Source: an uncultured Nitrososphaerales archaeon | GTDB lineage: Archaea > Thermoproteota > Nitrososphaeria > Nitrososphaerales > JACAEJ01 | DNA: 64,000 bases | NCBI GenBank assembly: GCA_938091495.1 | Contig: CALLJF010000017.1 | Coordinates: 778 to 64,777 of the forward strand | Reading direction: 5' to 3' | Shown: one piece after another, positions 59,981 through 64,000 of the stretch | Position numbering within the stretch: the first letter of the stretch is position 1 | How the letters are laid out: each line of letters begins with the position of its first letter | Notes under the pieces: model-generated | Seen by the model: only the letters and a program-made list of their open reading frames with translations | Told to the model about the DNA's origin: nothing | Databases searched by the model: none | Made by a program: the position numbers and the translations under genes

Positions 59981-60586
59981 ATGAGAATATTTATTGTCGA
60001 ATGTAATGAGGAAGGGTTGATCAAGGCTTCAGAGATAGTAAAGAAGGGCAAGATAGTAGTCTATCCAACAGATACAGTCTATGGATTAGGCTGTGATCCT
60101 TATAATCCAACTGCAATTGAGAGGTTGTTTGAACTGAAATCAAGGGAGTGTAAACCTCTTCCTGTATTATGCTCAAGCATTGATGTTGTAAAAGAACTTG
60201 TAAAACTTGACGAGAGAGGGTTGAAATTGGCATCAAAGTTCTGGCCAGGTCCTTTGACGATAGTTGCAAAGAAGAATAAGACTTTGCCTAAAATCCTTAC
60301 TTGTGGTAGTGATAAACTAGGAGTTAGAATACCTAATCATGAAGGTGCAAGAAAGCTAATCGAGCTTTGTGGTGGAAGCTTAGTAGGAACGAGTGCCAAT
60401 AAATCTGGATTAAAGTCTCCTAGAACTCCTGGTGAGGTTTTAAAATTATTAGGAAGAGGATTTGATATAATGGTCGATGGCGGTCCGACTCCTTTAGGAA
60501 GGGAGTCCACAGTGATAGATATGACAGGTAAGAGCTTAAAAGTGATAAGAGAAGGAGCCATAAAAGCATCTGACTTGCTAAATTAA
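59981..60586 (+). CDS. tsaC: L-threonylcarbamoyladenylate synthase (YrdC/TsaC-type, single domain)
   Basis: VVYPTDTVYGLGCDP, PGPLT and GTSANKSG. Confidence 0.9.
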   Translation: MRIFIVECNEEGLIKASEIVKKGKIVVYPTDTVYGLGCDPYNPTAIERLFELKSRECKPLPVLCSSIDVVKELVKLDERGLKLASKFWPGPLTIVAKKNKTLPKILTCGSDKLGVRIPNHEGARKLIELCGGSLVGTSANKSGLKSPRTPGEVLKLLGRGFDIMVDGGPTPLGRESTVIDMTGKSLKVIREGAIKASDLLN

Positions 60587-60601
60587 GATAGGTGCCACCC
60601 A

Positions 60602-61126
60602 TTGAAGTTTAACCTCATAGCAACAACTCATAGAGGGCTTGAGCATGAAGCATCTTCAGAACTCTTTGCATTGTTGAATCAGATAGGCGATGAATCTCCA
60701 GATATTATAAAAACCGGCATACTAGGTCTCTTGGTTGCTAATACTAAATTAGAACCCTTTAAGGTTATAGAAGAGGTAAGAAGGATAGTTATCGAAGACC
60801 CATTAAGGATAAGATACATCTTAAGAATTATTCCCATAGATGCTGTAGTAGAGACGAATATAGAGGAGATAGTAGAAGCTGTATCGAAATTTACTAAAAG
60901 AATAGATGAAGAAAAATCCTTTCGCATCACTGTTGAAAAGAGGCGCACAAACCTTTCAAGTTCAGAGATAATTCATTCTGTTGCCAAAATAATCGATAGA
61001 CCTGTAAATTTGGAGAAACCAGACTGGATAGTTCTAATAGAGATCATAGGAAAATTTACTGGGGTATCTGTTTTAAAGCCAGATCAAATTCTAAACGTGA
61101 TCAAGATAATAAGAGAAGGTACTTAA
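60602..61126 (+). CDS. THUMP-domain protein
   Basis: 174 aa. FRITVEKRRTNLSSSEI...DWIVLIEIIGKFTGVSV is a typical THUMP core. Confidence 0.65.
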   Translation: MKFNLIATTHRGLEHEASSELFALLNQIGDESPDIIKTGILGLLVANTKLEPFKVIEEVRRIVIEDPLRIRYILRIIPIDAVVETNIEEIVEAVSKFTKRIDEEKSFRITVEKRRTNLSSSEIIHSVAKIIDRPVNLEKPDWIVLIEIIGKFTGVSVLKPDQILNVIKIIREGT

Positions 61127-61187
61127 AATAGAGGATTTTGACTTAATACTTGAATAAGTTAGATAGATTTAAATAAAGAAATCCGAG

Positions 61188-62462
61188 ATGCTTTATTTCT
61201 TAAAGACTGAAAAATTGATCATAGCCTTAATCATACTGATAATAACTTACATAGGAATATCTTTTACAAGACTACCAAAAGTAAACATAGATAGACCTGC
61301 AGCTGCCTTTCTTGGAGCAGTTCTCATGGTTTTATTCAGAGTTCTCACCCCTCAAGAAGCAATATCTGCTATTGACTTCAACACTATAGCCTTGTTATTG
61401 GGCATGATGATCGTTATTGCGACTTTAGAGGAAAAAGGCTTTCTCACTTTTTTGGCAGTAAAATCTATGTCTATAGCGAAAAATCCAAAGGGGCTTTTAG
61501 TTGTTGTAATAGTTGCAACTGGATTAGCAAGCGCCTTTCTTGTAAATGATGCCGTTGTTCTATTGTTCACCCCAGTGATAATAGAGACTTGTAAGTTAAT
61601 GGGCATAAAGAATCCAGTGCCATATTTGATTGCAGAGGCCATGTCTTCTAATATAGGAAGCGTTATGACAATAACTGGAAACCCTCAAAACATGCTCATT
61701 GGAATGGTTTCTGGAATTTCTTACATAGATTTCTTCTTTTATCTATCCCCCATCGCTTTTCTCTCAACCATAGTTCTAATCTTCATTGTTTACTTTATCT
61801 ACAGAAAGGATTTCAATCAAGAATTAAAGATTGACGATTCTATTAAGAACAATAATTTTGATTTTAAGCAGATAAGATTTTCTCTCCCAATATTGATATT
61901 TACAATGGCACTCTTCTTTCTAAGCTCGTTTATCAAATTGGAGATTCCTATGATAGCTTTGATAGGCGCTACCTTAATGCTACTCTTTGCAGGAATAAAA
62001 CCTTCCAAGATTATAAGCAAGGTCAATTGGGTGCTATTATTATTCTTTGCAGGGCTCTTCATTGTTATTGGCGGAGCTTCAAAGGCAGGCGTTTTAGACT
62101 TATTTTTAAAAGCGATAAACTTTAGTCCAAATGTTGAAGGGATCATATCATTAAATTTCTTCAGCACAGTAATTTCCCAAATAGTAAGCAATGTCCCTCT
62201 CACAATGCTCATAATTCCTTTGATCAAGTATGCAAAAAGTAATTTATTGTGGATAAGCTTGGCAGCAGGTTCAACTTTGGGTGGAAATGCTACTCTTATA
62301 GGCGCAGTTGCAAATCTAATCGTTGCAGAAGAAGCAGATAAGAAAGGTGTAAAGATCAGCTTTAAAGAATTCACAAAAACTGGCATTATAGTAACTATAT
62401 TGACGATTTTGATTGCCATAATGATTCTTACAGTTGAGTATGAACTTGGATTCTTGGTTTAA
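61188..62462 (+). CDS. ArsB/NhaD-superfamily ion/anion permease (paralogue of 18077-19471)
   Basis: 424 aa and polytopic. Blocks shared with the paralogue include IDFNTIALLLGMMI, NIGS..T..GNPQN and GGNATLIG. Confidence 0.65.
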   Translation: MLYFLKTEKLIIALIILIITYIGISFTRLPKVNIDRPAAAFLGAVLMVLFRVLTPQEAISAIDFNTIALLLGMMIVIATLEEKGFLTFLAVKSMSIAKNPKGLLVVVIVATGLASAFLVNDAVVLLFTPVIIETCKLMGIKNPVPYLIAEAMSSNIGSVMTITGNPQNMLIGMVSGISYIDFFFYLSPIAFLSTIVLIFIVYFIYRKDFNQELKIDDSIKNNNFDFKQIRFSLPILIFTMALFFLSSFIKLEIPMIALIGATLMLLFAGIKPSKIISKVNWVLLLFFAGLFIVIGGASKAGVLDLFLKAINFSPNVEGIISLNFFSTVISQIVSNVPLTMLIIPLIKYAKSNLLWISLAAGSTLGGNATLIGAVANLIVAEEADKKGVKISFKEFTKTGIIVTILTILIAIMILTVEYELGFLV

Positions 62463-62737
62463 TTTTAACCAAAAATGTTCTTGCTAATGCCTTTTCCCGC
62501 TAGATCATTTGCAAAAAATCTACAAAGACTGCTGTCTAAAGGGAAAAGATGGAATTCAGAATTCTTACTTGTAATAGGCCCATGGTATCCGGCAGAATGG
62601 TTAGATTTCGTGGCATTTCATTTCTATCCTTCGTTCAGACGAAAATTGCTTCTAGTCCCAACAGGTAGTGATCGCCACTGATACTAAAAGATGGGGTCCT
62701 ATCCTATCAGAAGGATTTATTTATTGAGATCGATTAT

Positions 62738-63340
62738 ATGTCTGGCTATGATCCATCAACAACTGTCATAAACTATTTCGTCTCATATTATCTCGAATTG
62801 AATATACATGTTCATGTGACAGTTGATGATGAACTTTCTTGGGGTCAACTTGCTGCAATCGGTGTTTCGCCAGATTCACTCACCCCTTATGAATGTGATC
62901 TGGTTGAAAACAATTTTCATGACAATCCCGCTACTCACGTTTATGTCTTTTATGCAAAAGCACTACGCGATCCAGATACAGGTGTAGAGCCGCTTGGTTG
63001 GGCCTCAGAATTTGGTGCATTTATCAATAAAGAATTAGTCAATTCTAACGAAGGCTTGAAGGTTTTATGGTTGACGGATAGGATGAGAACGGAAAAAGTG
63101 GTTTTGCTTCATGAAGTTGGGCATACCTTAGATGTGATAACTTGGACTTCTGAGGGTGAAGAGGATTACTGCAACAAATGGGGTTGCATAATGGCTGGAG
63201 CAGACGTGTGGTGGGATATATTTGGTGGGATAAGTCAAATTGCCGCGTTTTTCTCGGATACACCACACTACTGCCAAGACCATGTGACACTAATTAACCT
63301 GAGAGATAAATGGTCTGTGGCTGAGAGCTGGATACCCTGA
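62738..63340 (+). CDS. zinc metallopeptidase, archaemetzincin-like
   Basis: HEVGH zinc motif followed by CNKWGCIM (Cx4CxM), as in the archaemetzincin signature recalled from the literature. Composition is atypical for this window. Confidence 0.5.
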   Translation: MSGYDPSTTVINYFVSYYLELNIHVHVTVDDELSWGQLAAIGVSPDSLTPYECDLVENNFHDNPATHVYVFYAKALRDPDTGVEPLGWASEFGAFINKELVNSNEGLKVLWLTDRMRTEKVVLLHEVGHTLDVITWTSEGEEDYCNKWGCIMAGADVWWDIFGGISQIAAFFSDTPHYCQDHVTLINLRDKWSVAESWIP

Positions 63341-63452
63341 GAAACCGCTTTGAAATCTATCCTTTTCGTTCATAGAAAAAGGGGCAATCAGAGCTTAATC
63401 CCCCGATCTCATAGGGCGACAACTTAACCGACTAATACTTGTTTTTAATTTA

Positions 63453-63468
63453 GTAAATTTTAATTCTT
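63453..63468 (+). promoter_or_regulatory. candidate TATA/BRE region for tRNA-Gly(GCC)
   Basis: The A/T block gtaaattttaattc is centred about 25-35 nt upstream of the mature 5' end at 63490. The call rests on position only. Confidence 0.3.
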
Positions 63469-63489
63469 AGTTGCTTTAGCTATCTTTGA

Positions 63490-63598
63490 GCGGTGGTCGT
63501 CTAGCCTGGTCTAGGACATCAGCCTGCCAACATTTAGGCAGACCGCTGGCAACCCGGGAGATCGTTTTGATCCGGGAATTCAAATCCCGGCCACCGCA
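63490..63598 (+). tRNA. tRNA-Gly(GCC) with two introns (14 nt at 37/38; about 20 nt in the T-arm); no encoded CCA
   Basis: GCGGTGG TC GTCT AGCCTGGTCTA GGAC A TCAGC CTGCCA[ACATTTAGGCAGAC]C GCTGG CAAC CCGGG[AGATCGTTTTGATCCGGGAA]TTCAAAT CCCGG CCACCGC A. Removing 34 nt gives a perfect 75-nt cloverleaf. Confidence 0.85.
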
Positions 63599-63650
63599 CC
63601 TTACTTTAGTAAAAATTAATTCTGGATTAGATTGATAAGAGAAAAAATAA

Positions 63651-63845
63651 TCATTGTTCTGCTTTCTCGCTGTAAATCATGGCGATCTTCATCTTCCCCT
63701 TGCACTTGGTGCATTCTCCCCCATCTTTGTATATGTAGTCTCCTATCTGGAAAGCCCTTTTTGTCTTTAGATGGCAAGAGTTGCACTCCTCAACAGTATA
63801 CACCAAGAATTTTGATCGCTTCACAGGGCTGCTCATAGTATCCAT
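63651..63845 (-). CDS. small zinc-ribbon protein, hypothetical
   Basis: CNSC-x22-CTKC. 64 aa. Confidence 0.45.
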   Translation of the reverse strand: MDTMSSPVKRSKFLVYTVEECNSCHLKTKRAFQIGDYIYKDGGECTKCKGKMKIAMIYSEKAEQ

Positions 63846-63891
63846 TGATTGCTTTACTGCTCCTTAAAAACCTCTTCGTTAATTTACGAAG

Positions 63892-64000
63892 TTATTGAGA
63901 AATTCCTATTGTATTACCAACGCCTATGATTGCTATTTTGTCCCCTTCCTTTGTCTTCTCTTCTATTATCCTGTTTATAATTCCTATTACTTTGTCTATA
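63892..64000 (-). CDS. C-terminal end of an unidentified CDS (5' part beyond window end)
   Basis: My minus-strand translation reads ...IDKVIGIINRIIEEKTKEGDKIAIIGVGNTIGISQ*, with the stop TAA at 63892-63894. It is open to the window edge. Confidence 0.4.
   Translation of the reverse strand, partial: IDKVIGIINRIIEEKTKEGDKIAIIGVGNTIGISQ

Noticed and set aside
61817-62419. 200-aa minus-strand ORF.
   Set aside because: It is antisense to the ArsB/NhaD-type permease, has no motifs, and shows shadow-frame composition.
62475-62681. 68-aa plus-strand ORF upstream of the metallopeptidase, considered as a frameshifted N-terminus.
   Set aside because: The sequence is not protein-like. Archaemetzincin-type proteins are about the length of the 200-aa ORF, so no N-terminal extension is required.

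Overview
AT-rich archaeal chromosomal segment. The archaeal assignment rests on aIF5A, aIF5B, aIF2-gamma, S6e, L21e, RpoF/Rpo4, Pus10, SRP54, deoxyhypusine synthase, a Sulfolobus/Thermoplasma-type zinc ferredoxin and intron-containing tRNAs. I could not assign a lineage. Coding density is high and most genes are housekeeping: translation factors, IleRS, H+-pyrophosphatase, purA, uppS, two P-type ATPases and an ECF transporter operon. I recognised no rRNA, CRISPR array, transposase, integrase, restriction-modification system or known defence system. I did not find one clear-cut novel system; the observations most worth a second look are these. (1) Two paralogous tRNA-Gly genes each carry two intervening sequences, and one has an ambiguous splice model. 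(2) A roughly 1.3 kb ORF-free stretch surrounds the first tRNA and includes a GC-elevated segment that may be a structured RNA. (3) A four-gene operon encodes an MBL/beta-CASP nuclease, a DUF4184 membrane hydrolase, an Lhr helicase and a phosphoesterase. It resembles the bacterial ligase-associated DNA-damage module but has no ligase. (4) Several genes are fragments or possibly frameshifted: ARH, thi4, Hef, the HMA/YHS-CopA junction, and possibly the ECF S-component and a VIT-like gene. (5) A DRG/TGS protein has lost all GTPase motifs. (6) A 34-codon poly-acidic EEY-repeat micro-ORF sits behind a good TATA box. (7) A compositionally atypical archaemetzincin-like gene lies next to the second tRNA. 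All functional calls come from reading the supplied translations for motifs from memory. No database search was run.
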